NCBI GenBank assembly: GCA_024137785.1
Contig: JAHRHZ010000102.1
Location: 1,048,220-1,112,219 of the forward strand
Length of the DNA: 64,000 nt
DNA from: Ginglymostoma cirratum
Lineage: Eukaryota
Direction: 5' to 3'
The translations under genes and the position numbers were made by a program. Shown here piece by piece: positions 38,364 through 52,679 of the stretch. The notes beneath the pieces were generated by a model. It was not told the origin of the DNA. It saw nothing but the letters and a program-made list of their open reading frames with translations, and ran no database searches. Within the stretch, counting starts at the first letter, position 1, and each line of letters opens with the position of its first letter.

Positions 38364-41300
38364 GTCTCAAAACGACCTTCACATGAAGATCTAATGGAGT
38401 CACTGAAATCACTGGGATTTGAATATCATTATCCTCCATATTAGCTGTTCCTTCGTTGTCAATGAGCCAAAACCCTGGAACTCCTCCCTAACAGCATTGT
38501 GGGTGATCCTACACCACAAGGACTGCAAGTCCCAGAAGGCAACTCACCATCACTTTCTCAAGGAGGACAATGGAATGGACAATAAATGCTGAAGTAGAAT
38601 TTGATAGTATACATCACGAATTGATTTTAAAAATGAGGGAAAATCATATCCAGGACAGAGCCGTATACATTTGGACAGTGGGTGAAGTGGGAGAGTCAGA
38701 AGGTTTCCATTTGCTGGACTAGCTGCTGTCATCACTTTGCTTTCAGTGAGGCTGATGCTCTTTGTGCCTGGGACTGTACATTGACATGAAAATACCCCTA
38801 AAAGCTGCTGAAGTACATTTACTTTATCCTGAATAGTAAGTGATGTTTTCCTTACCATTCCAATTAGATCAGAAATAAATATGTTTGTCACTGTAGGCCA
38901 GTGCCAGGCCAGTCGCCTCAGTTGGTCTGTATCATTTTTAATGCTTCACATGAGTTTCCACCCTCCCCTCTTCATCTCCCCCATCAGCAGATCCTGCTAG
39001 ACCTTTCTACCTCATGTATGTATTCGGCTTCTCCTGAAATATATTCATACCGTTCACCTCAACCACTCGCTGTGGGAGATAATTTTTGATTCTCACTCCT
39101 CATTGGGTAAAGAGGTTTCTCATGAAATCCCTTTTGCATTATTGAAGCCCTTCATCATTTTGAAGACTTCCATCAGGTCACTATTCAGGCTTCTCTTTTC
39201 TAGAGAAAAGCTCCTTAGCCATTCCTGATGTTTATATGTTTTCAGTTCTGATAATACCTTTGTGAATCCATGTAATAATGTTTTCCAGTGCCTTTGTTTC
39301 CTTTATCTAAATGGAGATGACAAATGTTGATGTGCTCACAGTGGAGTCAAACTAAGCTTTGAAATATGTGAAACTTCATTCTCCTCCTTTTTCAGCTCTG
39401 TTCTGATAGAAAGGAGCCCAAATATGGGCTAGGCCTTTGCAGAATGATGTTAAGTTCCATGAGCTATCTGAGACAGGAATTAGGGGTATTTCATCAGGGA
39501 TTTGGGACTTCAGCTGGTTGGAGTGACTGGAGCAGCTCATCCTGTTCTCTTTGGATCATGTATTCACTGCTGCAGAACAGGGAGGGAGGTCAATAGCCCT
39601 CTGAGGTCATGCTGGCTCTGTTTGGAACAAGTGTCAGTCCATGTTCTATCCCAATAACCCTGCAGGTTTATGTCTGTCAAGGACTTTCCAATTAAAAAAT
39701 AAGTAATGAATATACTGTTCAGGATGAGAAATGAACTGGAATAATTTATTTTAGATGTAGCTGAGGACAACCTTCCAATCTAGTATTCACTTATATTTTA
39801 GCTGAAGTGTGGAAAGTTGAGATGATTTATATAACTTGATATCTTTCCTTCAGAATGTTTGCATTGTTTGCCAATAAATGTTGTTTTGGGAAACCACATT
39901 TGATAACTGGTCAAGACCTGACAGATCAGGATCACACAGGGAGATGTTGAAACAGACATCCCTTTTGATAAATGTACCTGAATGTTAATATTTGCCATGA
40001 TGGCGGGCTATCAGTGGATGTGCAGATATAATATGCTATACATGAAAGGAATAACATGTAAATTCACAGTGAACCCGCACTGCAGAGAGGGTCCCAAACA
40101 CATGCAGCTCCTTGAGAAACAGCCAGAAATGAAATGGTTAATGTGGCCAGGGGTAATGAGACAGCATTGTGACATCATCAAGACAGTGACACGTTCTCCC
40201 GATAGAAACTGACCTGAAACAGTCAGGAAAGAATTCAACCCACAGGGAATGGTCAGAAAGTCAGTGAGGTTCATTAGGAAGGGGTTAAAAACTTAGACTG
40301 GGATCATTAAGAACGCTTCACATTTAGGACACAGGTAAATAAAAAGATTGGAGAATTTTTATGCCCATATTTGATCGTTGCTTGAAGCTCATGAATCTGT
40401 GGACGGGTAATTTATAAACTCATGGCACTCCTCAGGAGGATAGATCGAGTCATTGTGACCCAAGCAGTGGCCAGAGCAGAACTATAAAATAACAAAGTAC
40501 AGTTGAGTGAGGGGTGTTGCATGTGTGAGAGAGAGAATTACATGCCTCTCAAGCAAGTAAATATCATTTTTCCGATTTCTTGCTAATTAATGGACATTAC
40601 CTGAAAACCTATAATTAGTTTATTTGCTTATGAGACATAGGCAGCATTGGTGAGGCCAGGTTTTATTGCCATATCTAACCTGCATGGAGAAGGTGGCAGT
40701 GAGTTGCCTTCTTGAACTGTCCACCCACAGTCCCGTTAGGCAGGGAAATCTGGGATTCTGACCAAGCAACACTGAGGAACATGATATATTTCCTAGTCGG
40801 CATAGCATGTGGTCTGGAGGGGATTTAGCAGGTGGCGGCAATCCCATGTGACTGCTGGTTTTGCCCATCTGCAATGTAAGGGTTGCAGTTTCAGAAGCGG
40901 CTGTTGAAGGTGCCTTGCTGAGTCATTGAAGTGCTCCTTGTAGCTGGTACACACGACTGCCACTGTGCATCAGTGGTGAAGGGAGTCAGCGTACAAATAG
41001 GTGGTCGGGGTATGAATTGACAGAGCTGTTTTATGTTGCATGGTGTCAAGTATTTTGTAAGGCTTTAGAAATAAAAAGCAAACACTATCACATGAAACTG
41101 TCCACAAAGCGAATGGTTGGTTTCTGACAGTAAACTCTGAAGAGGACAAGTGAATGAAAGTTGGGTACATTAAGAAATGATCTCAAAGTGGGAATAAAAG
41201 ACACATCCTAGAGACAGTCTGAGCAGGTTACACTTTATTAGAAAGTGAAAGTCTTATACGAGACTTCTTCAGACAAAAAACCCTTTTCGCTGCCAGCACT

Positions 41301-44300
41301 AACTCCTATTACACCCCTTCCTGACCATTAAATGTTACATATGATTATTGAAAATGAAAATTAACGTTTTGTCAACCTTCCTTGTGAACTCACTCCTGGT
41401 GGAGTATAATTTCTAACCGAGACCCTTATCTCACGTCACCCTCGGGCATCCTGTGTGGTTTCAGCACAGGCAGAGACAGGCTGATTATACCCCTGCTCTC
41501 ACTGCTCACATGCTTTTGATCTCCAAGTTGTACGTTTACCAAACACTGTTTGATCTTTACCAGTGTAGAGGAAAGCTAACTAAAATCCAAAAGAACTGTG
41601 GATGCTGTAAATCAGGAACAAAAACAAAGTTGCTGGAAAAGCTCAGCAGGTCTGGCAGCATCTGTGAAGGAGAAACCAGAGTTAGCGTTTCGGGTCCGGC
41701 CAGACCTGCTGAGCTTTTCCAGCAACTTTGTTTTTGTTGTTGTAGAGGAAAGCGAAACTTGACAGTTCATTTCCAGTCAGGAACAGATCATTGTTTTACA
41801 CTAATCTCTGATTTGAAGCACATTTCCAGCATTCATCGTTGTTCTTTCCTTGATTCAAGACTCCGTTAGAAACGAGATTCTGTTCCGTGTCTAGGAGCTG
41901 TGAGCCATGGAAGACAGTAGCTGGGACACATTTCTTATACACAGCAGGATTAACCCACACCGTGGCTTGGCTGTCAGTGAAGAGAGACGTGAAAGAGTAA
42001 AGTGCCATCTGACCCCCTCACTGTGACCCTGAAGGACGTGTCCGGCTGAAGTTCTGTTGCTGCTGTACGATTCCACCCCCACCCCACCCCCCTACCCTGA
42101 GATTGTCCTTTCTGAAATCCAGGTGCTATTCAACCCTCAGGACAAATACAACAATCTACAGTGATGTGTTTGAAGCAAAGCTGATTTATTTTACATTTCT
42201 CAGAATGTTAAACTCTAGTCTAATTTGAGAGGTTAGAGAAACAAACTCCAAATGTCAGAACAAAACTATCAGAATATTACAGCGCGGATCAAGGCATCTT
42301 TAAATTCATTTTTGTAATATGGGAATCTCTGGCTGGCCAGGATTATTCACGCTTTGTCCGTGTTTGTGTTGGCTGAAAGAGAACTACCCAGGTTTTAAAA
42401 CTTTCTGGATTCACCATTGAGATCAATTATTTCAGACTGTGAACTCTGCCCCCTTTTTGTTTGCATTTCTTGTTTCAATTTGTTACTGTGTTTGCTGCAC
42501 ACCTGGTTCCAGGCACATCTTTTGTTTCCTTGTTTCTTTTCCAGCCCCTTCTCCATTCCCCATGTCCTTGAGGGACTAAAGTTTCTGCAATTTAATCTCT
42601 CCTGCCTCCACCCCCCCAAGCCCTGCGAAGACCGCCTTTCTGCCCTTGTCTCACCCCGACCTTGCTCAAAACCTGATGGGTCCCAGCCCTGTGTGACATC
42701 ACCGTGCCCCTGGGTCAGTGGCTCGAGTTTTGAATTCTCTACCTCCAGGCAGAATCTGAAACCTTTGCGGCTGCAGCTTTCCCTAGATTTTATTTTTGAA
42801 ACAAAAACAGCGAAATTGTTTCAGAGTTGAGTTTTGTTTTGAGCCTTCACCCAACATTTCGTGTCTTCAGAGCTGAGCTGTGATCCTCCCATAGTTCAAC
42901 AATGGCAGGTTAGGTGGATTGGCCACACTAAATTGTCCCCTGGTATGCAGGTTAGGTGGTTGGGTTAGCCATGGTAAATGCAGGGTTAGGGGAACAGGGT
43001 GGGATAGAGGGTCAGTGCAGATCGATGGGCTGAATGATCTCTTTCTGCACCGTAGAGTTTCTGTGATTCTAACCTGTGGTGATCATGGTCACATTTTCCT
43101 CATGTCAGCCCGCACATCACCATGTGTATTCAGCTTAGGCTTTCATGCTGCCTTTGTGTTTTTGTGGGTTCCTACTTAGACATTTTTTGGTTTATATCAA
43201 TTTCGCAATGTATTTGAGAACTGAGAATGAATTTGTAAATATAAATTTTCCAACCAAAATCCCTTGCAGATTAGAAACTTTTTCATCTGCTGGCATCGTT
43301 CACAAGGATCAGGAGATTAAAGGTTCAGTCACATATCTTACAGAAACACAGGTTGTAATCGCCAGGAGAGAAAGAACAGCTTAAAACTCTTTTCTCAAGA
43401 GAAGAGGAGGCTGACAGTTAATGTGATACAAATTGGAAGCTTTGTCCCTGTGAAATGAAATCATTGGATCTTAAACAAAAATGGGAATGAATTCTGACGA
43501 AGAGTGACTCGACCCAAAACAATAACTCTGATTTCTCTCTACAGACAGTGCCAGGCCTGCTGAGTTTTTACAGCAATTTCTGTTTTTGCTTCTGATATAC
43601 AGCTTCTGCAGTTCTTTCAGTTTCTATTAATTGAATCTGAAGCATTTTTCACTACCCCGAGATCGTCAAAAGCGCTGTCTAAATGTGTATCTCTCTTTCT
43701 GTCTGTCTATCTGAGTTAACAATCAGATATCGAGGTCACTGACTGAATGTCTTCACAAATCCCCGATTTAATCTGCCCCCTCCACACTCTCAGACCCCTC
43801 ACCACTCGCTGGTTCATGGAGAAGCTCTGTTCTTAGAATGGGAGCTTCTTCGATGTGGCCTTTCTTTCTGCTTCTGCCCACTTCCCAGTTCCTTGTGTTA
43901 ATACCACCTGCCTCGAGTCTGCCCAAATGTGTTTGTTAAAGAGCTTGAGACGAAAGCAGAATGAAACTAAGAAATTAAAAAGTCAGAATGAAAGAGGAGG
44001 AGAAAAACTAAACGGGTTTTGTGGATCTCAGGGAATGAGACTCCAGGATACGTCTGTTGTGACTGTTCATGCAGTAAAAAAAATAACATTCTCCGGTGAG
44101 ATTCAAACTAGGGCAACGGGAGATGGAGCACTGAATTTTAACAGATTTAGTTCAAACACAGGCGATTTGTTCAGCCAGTAATAGTGTATTAGACATGGAT
44201 GTGAAGTGAGTAGTGGAAAAATTGCCACAAGCTGAAGATGGACAAGTTTTATAGGATCAACAGTAGACCATTCAGCCCCTCAAGCCTGTTCTGTCATTCA

Positions 44301-45470
44301 ATGAGATCATTGCTTGATCTATGGCCTAACTTTCAATTTCCAAAACCCACCAAGCCTGTCAATGAGGCTCCACTGAAACAGACAAGGTGAATAGTTACAA
44401 ACCTAAAAAACCTGCAGATGCAGGAGATTCAGAAACAAAAACAGAAATTATTGGAAACATTCAGCAGGCCTGGCAGCATCTGTGGAGAGAAACCAGAGGT
44501 AACCTTTTGGGTCCAGTGACACTTTGAGTAACCAGATGCAGCCGGCCATTCCCTCTTATCTGTAACACTGTCTGGGACAGGTTATAGTGCGAGGGCAATG
44601 AGCTTGTCAATAACAACTGAGAAACAGCAGGACATGCTCAATAAGAATAAACTCATGTTCGTCTTTCACTTTTAAAGCAACCGTAATCATTTATTCATTA
44701 TCATTTCAGAAACTGGATAAGAGACCAGAAAATCAATTCTTTGTACCATTGGGTCTGGGAACCATTGTTAATTCTGACCTGGTCTGACCTACATGTGAAT
44801 CCATACCACAGCAACGAGCTTGATTCTTAACCATCCTCTGGGCAGTTAGAACGGATGATAAATGCTTACAGAGCTCATGATGCCACAATCCCATAAATGA
44901 ACAAAAAAAGTCCAATTACTGAAGTTAATTGTGAGCCCGCTGGTGTTTCATCAAGCTAGAGGACCGAGTGATTTTTTTCTTCCCCACACACATAGCAGGT
45001 GAATGACCTCTTCACAGTGTGCATTCGCTGGTGTACAGTGAGGGTTGATGATGTCCTGAACCCAGGCCCACAGTGAGAGCATTTGAATGGTATCCCTTCG
45101 GTGTCAACATGTTTGTGGTACATCGGTCCACTTGAGCTTTTGTAGCACTTCCACAATGTGCACATTAAAACGGTGTCTCTTCAGAGTGAACCTGTTGGTG
45201 TTTCAACAGGCTGGATGACCGGGAGAAATCCTTCCCACACTCTGAGCAGGTGAATGGTCTCTCCCCAGTGTGGACTCGCTGTTGTGTCAGGAGATGGAAT
45301 GACTGAATGAATTACTTGCCACACTCACAGCAGGGAAACAGCCCCTTTCCAATGTGAAACCGCTGTGAATGCCTTCTCACACACGAAGCAGGAGAATAGT
45401 TTCTACCTGGTGTGATTGCACCAGTATGTTTGCAGCTTGGCCGGGTAATCGAAATTCCTCCCACTGTCCC
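38364..45470 (+). repeat. Segmental duplication copy B
   Basis: Same-orientation diverged paralogue of 1-5770, with an extra ~1.4 kb block (39125-40560). Confidence 0.92.
41577..41740. mobile_element. Penelope-derived inverted mini-element
   Basis: Inverted arms and 13-bp TSD TGTAGAGGAAAGC (41564-41576, 41741-41753); empty site in copy A at ~2087-2100. Confidence 0.8.
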
Positions 45471-45660
45471 CATGGATCCACAGTTTCTTGTCAATGTGAC
45501 ATTGCTTTGGTTTCAAAAAGTCAGATAATCACCTGAAGCCTCATCCACACATAACCTGTGCACAGTTTCCCTTCACTGTGAATGGTGCATCCACCTTCCA
45601 TAATCAAAATCTGATGATATTCAACTTACATTAAATGCAACAATTCTGTCAAATCCTGTC
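44920..45660 (-). pseudogene. C2H2 zinc-finger pseudogene (paralogue of 5240-5790)
   Basis: PFKCSHCG..STLTVHQRMHT and [18 protein letters not shown] remnants with frameshifts. Confidence 0.82.
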
Positions 45661-46088
45661 CCTCTCGAGTGCACATCCTCAAATTCCAAAGCAATGTGGA
45701 ATTGACCGGAAACAAAGGAAAGGAGCAGAAGATAACACACAAAAAGAAAGGCAGCTTGTGAAATCAAGGTGAATGATATGGAAATTTATGGGGCTGGCAC
45801 AGGGGAATAGTGACCATAAAAGCTGTCATCTTGTCATTAAATCACCGACTTATTTCCCTCATGCTCATCAGGGATGGGAACCTGTCATACAATCAGGACC
45901 TACGCAAGACTCTGACCTCAATGGGAAGAAAGAGAGCATTGGGCAGGGGCTAAGAACAGTCCATGCTTTCAGTGCAAGAGCCTGTACTCTCTGTACAGTT
46001 CCCTGAAGGAGTTCCTTCCTTGCTCTTTTGTTCAGAGCAATGACATAAGAGCCTGTTTTAAGGGATTGTGCAAATCAGCTACTTGGTA

Positions 46089-46162
46089 GCTTCTGTGGCA
46101 CACCTGGTCAGCGCTTGCTGATCGTAAGTGTGAGGTTGGTGGTTCGAGGCCACAAAGGCAGG
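46089..46162 (+). pseudogene. tRNA-Asn-derived pseudogene
   Basis: ctgtggcaca..ggtcagcgc and aggttggtggttcgag.ccac match vertebrate tRNA-Asn(GTT); 74 nt; anticodon arm decayed. Confidence 0.6.
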
Positions 46163-46286
46163 AGCAAGTGCTGATCTCACTGTACCAGTTCTGTATTTGC
46201 GATTCACCTCCGGGTTTTTAATGTGGTCAGGAAAATGCTCTCCAATCAGAAATCTTATCCAGTGAGTAACCATTAAAAAATAATTC

Positions 46287-47137
46287 TGTTGTGAGCAGCA
46301 GTTGAAGTTGCCAGGACAGAGAGCCTCAAATGTGAAACAAATGTATTAAAGCCTTACAGGCGGCAGGCAAAACATCCGCCTTGTTTGAATTTGGTCAATT
46401 AATGGAAACGAAGCCCCTAGATACAGGAATCCAATTGGATTCAAATCTGATGGTGTTTACAACCTGAAACCAATCACATGGTAAGAATGTGATGCTGTCA
46501 TAATGGGTATATAAGATGAGGGCATTTGGAAACTCGGAAAGCGCCGATTGTCATCTGCCAGAGTCAGCACCATTCAGCTCTCAGAGAAAGCACATCGAAT
46601 TCATCAAAAGTACCACAGCATTTTAGCTCCTCAGTCCTCATTGATGAAATTATAGAGGTAAAACATTCCTGACAGCAGAATTAATGGAACAAAGGCGTTT
46701 GTGAAGAGCGCAGAGATAACAGAATATTCCAGAAGACAGTCTGTATGAATATGAAGACATTAAGTTATAAGTTATTTATTGTTTCTCATTAATTGAGTTT
46801 GTATTAGTGGGACTTGTTTTTATTTAAACAGCATTCTAGTAGAATTTAGACCATTTAGGGAGTAGTTAGCAGTCTGTGAATTATCAGTTTGTTAATTTTG
46901 TTAATTTGTTTAATGTTGGGTTAAATAAATAAATTGTTTCTTGTTACTTGTAGAGTGGAGATCAAGAATATTTTTTTCTATTAAATATTCTTTCAATAGA
47001 TTATGAGGGAAAAGGTAAGCTTTTCTGGGTGTTTAGGGAGTAATTTTGAGACGGAAACCTCTGTTCCTGTCATAACAGATCGGGGTTTGTGTTTTAGTTT
47101 ATTTACCAGAGGGGTTTGGCCATTCCATGTCGTAACA
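46287..47137 (+). mobile_element. LTR-like element
   Basis: TGTTGTGA...TCGTAACA ends, TATATAA ~46508, AATAAA ~46924; no clear TSD. Confidence 0.45.
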
Positions 47138-47803
47138 CATTATGTCAGTTGTCTTTAGTGAGGGATGTCTGCTGGGCGCTGTCCTGTCAGATTCCCAGGA
47201 GCTGCAGTGATTGGGTCAGTGAACTGTCGCAACTGTAGGTTGAAGATGAGAAGCTTGTGGGACTATTTCATCTCAATTGTCCATTTTATATCCCAGCTCA
47301 CAGTAACGGTTCTCAGTGTCTGGAAAAGTCACTTGTGTTCCCCCTAAAGCTGCCTTTTGTCAGATAAACTTGTGTGTGCGGATGGATAGCAGATGTGAGG
47401 CACGTGGAGCGGGTCTAATCCTGAGGCCTCTGTCACTCTCAGGGATGTGTCTGTGTGTCTCTCTCTCTGTGTGTGGAAATGAGGATGAGTTCCTCAGAGA
47501 GGTATTAACGCAGTTTTACAATCTCAAACTTCACTCCCATTGGTTGTCGTTTGACATTACAGGGATAAGCTCATTGCCATTTGCCCTCAAAACGTCAGAG
47601 CATGCAAGACTATGGGCCAAATGTGAAAAACTGAGACTAGAATAGATGGAGGTTTGATAATCTGCGCTGACACGATGGGCCGAAAGGTCGTCTTCCACGC
47701 TGTAAAAACTCGAAGATGGAGAAACTGATGTGCAGTGAAAATGGTCACAAATGAAAATGCAAAAGCAGTGTCATTGCGAAAATGTACGACATCTTCTGCC
47801 CTT

Positions 47804-47875
47804 TCACTAGTCGTCTAGTGGCTAGGATTCAGCCCTCTCGCCTCCCTGGCCCAGCTTTGATTCCTAGTCAGGGAT
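47804..47875 (+). pseudogene. tRNA-Glu(CTC) pseudogene
   Basis: Full-length 72-nt match to vertebrate tRNA-Glu(CTC) (gtctagtggctaggattc...ctctc...gattcctagtcaggga) with stem-breaking changes. Confidence 0.8.
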
Positions 47876-49131
47876 TAGACACTCTGCTGTGTTATTTTAT
47901 CGTGGTGACAGCACTTCTAACTGATCCTTCAGGAGATGGAAGGAGAACTGTTTAGTCTCAGCTGTTATTCAGATTAAAATAAAACAAAGAACTGTGGAAA
48001 TAAAGCACAAAGGAAAAAATGGTATGGAAGCTCAACAGGCCTGGCAGCATCAGTGTAGAGAAACAGAGTTAACGTATCAGGTCCTGTGACCGTTCATCAG
48101 AACCAGGTTAGTTATACATTTCTGCAGTGTAATACCGGGGCAAATAATCGGCTTTATCTGTCAAATCAGCATATTAATCAAAATTGCTCTCTCTCATTAG
48201 CTTACAACTGTCAACTTTACAACTTTCAAGGGATTTCATCAGCTCCGATGCTTCTTCCATTCCCCTCCGTGGTGAAAGGCTCTGCCTAAATGGTTCCTTT
48301 TTCTTTTCCTTTGAGTCAATTAGAAGCCATGTCAAATGGAGAATTGGTTCTTTCAATGTCTCCCTCAATGTGTCTCTATTTGTCTCTCTTTGTCTCCGGA
48401 TATCCACCTCACCCCCTTTCACACTCTCCGACTCTCCTTCTATCACTATCCCTCATTTCCCGTTCCTGCGCTGTTTAAAGTCAGGAAGTTGAAGATAATT
48501 TGAGAGTGGAGCTGCTGGGAGACTTTTTCCTCCTGGCTGTAGTGTTTAGAACTGCACTCCCATTCTCTGGATAATGTGTCTGTCACTTAGGACGGAAATA
48601 ACGAGACATTTCTTCTCTCAAAAGATTGTGAATCTTTCGAATTCGAAATAAAATTCCGAATCCATCAGAAAAAAAAAGACCACCACATGATAGGATTATA
48701 GTGATATATTTTCTGTTGGTGTAAACTGAATGAAAGGAGGATGAGGGTGATCAGCTCGTTCTGTCTGTGTCACTACCACAACATTCCCTGCGAAACCTGC
48801 AGCTTCTCCGGCCTCACTTCATTATTCCTTCCAAACTGGGAATGAAGGGATGAGAAGAGAAGAAAAGGAGAAGCAGATGTGCTTGTGGAACAGCTGAAAG
48901 GAACTTCATGATGAATCCAGCAGAAAAAAGGAGACACTATAGCAGACTCTTGACGACAAATGTATTTTCTTTGCCGGTAAAATTCACCACTTCACTAAGC
49001 GGGAGCCATTGACCTGAAGCAGTGACGGTGATTATCTTTGCTGGTTGTTCATTTTGTGTCCACCAAACTATTGCTGCTCATGTCCCTGTCAACACCACAA
49101 CCCTGCCATATGTAAGCATTGTGCTTAAGTG

Positions 49132-49204
49132 GGTCCAGTGGCACAGTGGTTATCATGCCTGACTATGAATCAGGTGAATGTAGGCTCGACTGCTACCTAA
49201 CTCA
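49132..49204 (+). pseudogene. tRNA-Arg(ACG) pseudogene
   Basis: ccagtggcaca.tgg.ta..ctgactatgaatcag..tgtaggctcgact.ctacct; anticodon ACG decayed to ATG. Confidence 0.72.
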
Positions 49205-49669
49205 AATATAATTCATAAATTCTTTACGCTTCCAAATTAATCTTCCTCATTGCTCTGAAACTGAGATGAGCTTTGAATTCCTGACCTGCAGGAATGAGAA
49301 TCCTTTCAATGTCTAGCATCAGTAAATGTGAATATCAGAGGAGGGGAAGCTGAAGTCATCCCTCAAGCTTCAGTTCAATTTCCCACACCCACCATCCCAA
49401 TCACTGCATCTCCCAGGAATGGAAACGAAACAAAACAGAAAATGAAACCAGTTTCAGCTTTGTGAGCCTTTGGGAACCGGAATCAGAGGAGAATGAAGGT
49501 CAACTTTCCAACTCAGCAGAGACAGTTGAGGAAGCTTTCACTTCTCGAAGAGGCTGGGATATTGACTCTGATGTTCTTGGGACATTAACTGACCTGAGAC
49601 ACTGAAAGGATTCCCGTCAGAGACTGCTCTGTGTTTGATTTTGTTCCTGTCAAGAACAATAAATCCTGA

Positions 49670-49741
49670 TTCCCTGACTGGAAATTGAACCCGGGCCACA
49701 GCAATAAGAGTGCCAAATCACAACCACTAGATCAGCAGGCG
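49670..49741 (-). pseudogene. tRNA-Glu pseudogene
   Basis: Reverse complement reads ..tctagtggtt..gatttggcactctt..ggcccgggttcaatttccagtcagggaa. Confidence 0.78.
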
Positions 49742-50696
49742 TGACAGTGGAAAAGCGTACATATATTCTTACCGACAAAGCTTTTGGCCTTTTTTCACTG
49801 GAGATAAGCTTCCTCTTCAAAATAATTTAGTTACTGAGTTTGTACAGAATTGAAAGAGGCCCATCATCCCAGCTTCCAGCACTTAGCCTGCAGCCCTGTG
49901 TGCTCTGACGTTTTAAGCGTTCATCTCAACCATATTTTCCCTGTAATGTTTTAAGCTCAAGTGACACAAAGAATGGGACTGAGATTTGAGATGGTAAAAT
50001 TGTGTTCACGCCCCCTCAGGGAACTGAACCTCATTTTCACCCTCAGAGAGAAACAGACGGACACATTTCCTCAAGAGTGACAGCGGCCTCAGGAGAGACC
50101 AATCCCCAGAACGCAAGGATTTCACCCACCTAGCTTATATCATCCCAATTTAGACTTCAAAGCCAATGTCTAGTTACAGTAAATAAAGGAAGAATTCGGC
50201 CTCTCCTTTATCCCTGTTACTCCCCCATTGTTCCCTCGTCACTCTGCAGTTTATTCGGCCGAACTGGAACATTGCTCACATCAGCTGCTTTCCGTTCTTC
50301 CGAAAGATCTTCCTCAAGTACCTGAAAGGACAAACAGGAATGTGGTGTTTCAAATCCATTTCTGGCTGGTTGAGGAAATGACAAGGTGGTGTTAACGCTA
50401 TTTAACGAGAAATAATTTTGAACGACTTTAAAGAGCTCCGTCGGACGTTGGTTGCAGAATGTGCTGAAAATTCTCTCACTCCCCAGGAAGAATGGAACTC
50501 AAGACCACGAGGCGAACCACTAAACTGCAAAGTCATGCATTAGAAACTGCAATGTAATAGATTACTGGAGATCCTGTGCATCATACACGAAGACAATGTG
50601 GCAAATCCGAAACAGAGCCGAGGCGATCATGTGCAGAAGAATGGGAGATTGTAATGCCAAATCAAATATTGTCCAGGGTGATATGAACAGAGATCT

Positions 50697-50744
50697 ACCC
50701 TGGTCGTCTAATGATGAGGATTCAGTGCCTTCACTGCCATGGCC
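50697..50744 (+). pseudogene. tRNA-Glu(TTC) 5' fragment
   Basis: ccctggtcgtcta.tg.t.aggattcagtgccttcactgccatggcc; T arm missing. Confidence 0.6.
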
Positions 50745-52679
50745 TTTTAATGGTTAGCATTTACAGTAATAAATAAAAAATACTGACTGATCTTGAGAAG
50801 CAGAACTATGTCATGGAACAGTCAGAATCACTTCACTGCATATTACAGGCCCATATCAGCAAAGTCAGCTGCAAGTGCCTGACGTTCAAATGGATTAATA
50901 CAAGAAGACATGGAACGTCAGGAAAAGTGAAGGGCCATGGTGGTTTGTGAGAGCTGACTGTAGGCCTAATGCTGCCAGGCCCAATGTGAGTCCTGAAGGC
51001 AGGAAAGCTGACTTTTCGGGTTTTGAAGAAGTGTCTGGACCTGAAACGTCAGCCTTCCTGCTCCTGTGATTCTGCTTGGCCTGCTGTGTTCATCCATCTC
51101 GACACCTTGTTATCTCAGATTCTCCAGCATTGGCAGTTCCTACTATCTCTGGGTTTGAAGACTGGTTTTCACTGTTTACCCTGGTATATCATCAATCTGG
51201 ATCAATCACCCACAATGACTCTCCTTTGTGTGTTGCCCTTTGCAGGTCGCACCTCGGTTCAGACCCCAGAGGGGATCCATGCATGTTAACTTGGCAAATT
51301 TCACTCAGGTCAGCTGAACAGTCTCTTATTAAGACCATAAACTTTAGGAGCAGAAAGGGACCATCCAGCCCATTCAGTCTGCTCCACCATTCACTGATCT
51401 TGTGTCTGATATAATAATCCTGAACTGCACTTTCTTGCCTTTCCCCATAACCCTTGATACCTTGACTAATTAGAAATCTGCCGATCTCACCATTGAAATA
51501 CACTGAATGACCCAGATGTGACAACCCTCTGTTGCAAGAAATTCCATGGATTCACCACTATCTGAGAGAATAAATGTTTCCTCGTCTGTCTTAAATGTGC
51601 AACCCCCATTCTGACATTAGCCAATCTGGTGCAAGATTGCCCAGAAAGAAAATCCTTTTTTTGTGTCCAACATATTAAATCTCAAAGAAACCCGTATGCT
51701 TTAATAAGGAGCACGTATTGTTTTTGGAGAACTGTGTCTGAGCACGTGAAGTCGATGGATTTCATCACTTCCTCCTGTTTGGTTGCATCCCTGATGTAAA
51801 ACTTTCACCGATTCTGACAGAGCTGTCCCCTATTTGTCTTTTCATGTCAAGAATTCACGTTCATTTTCAGAGTTTCAACAGGAACAATAAAATCCTCATT
51901 CCTATTTCGGAATCAAACCGAAAACACAGCAGTTGCAATGCTGAATCCCAAAAAGGAAGGTGCACACAATACTTGCACCTTTCTGTCTTGACACTGCTTT
52001 TGACTTTTTGTTTCAGTTGCAAAATGTTAGTCAGTGAGATTTTAACGCCACGGAGAAATACCCTTCGGCCCATTATATCTATGCCAGTCATCAAATATGT
52101 CATTTCTAAACCCGGTTTCCAGCACTTGGCCTATCACCTCGTTTGCTCTGACGTTTCAAGTGCTGATCCAAATAGGTAGTCAATGTTTGAGGGGATCAGT
52201 GGAACAAAAACACTTTCTTCAACAAATGACAGGAAGCATTGCTGTTTGCTACAACATGAAATCTACATTTACCTATTTGAAGGCAGCTATGAAAGCCAAA
52301 CTCTTTCTCAGAGCCGTTGCCAGTCTCCCCAATGATGCCAACAGTGTAGATTTAAATCCCACACTGCCTGAGGCTACCACTACTGACTCTGTACTTTCAA
52401 CTCTCTGCTGACATGAGATGTGGTGTCCCTCAGGTTAAACCACCACCGGTTTTGTCTCCCGAATAAGAAAGCAGCTGTGTGGCCCAGAAGGCGTATGGCG
52501 ACTCAGTGTGTCTCAGTGTCAGACTTTGTAATATTCTTTCTCTGGGATGCAAAAGGCACGTTTTATACTCTATTAAATGTATTACATACGTCAGTTGTCC
52601 AGGCAGGAAGTAAAGAGAAAGATTGCTTGTACACGAAAAATAAAATTCTATCTTGACAATGGTGGGCACTTAACCCAGA

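Noticed and set aside
50478-50535. Possible additional minus-strand tRNA remnant
   Set aside because: Too short and decayed to assign an isotype.
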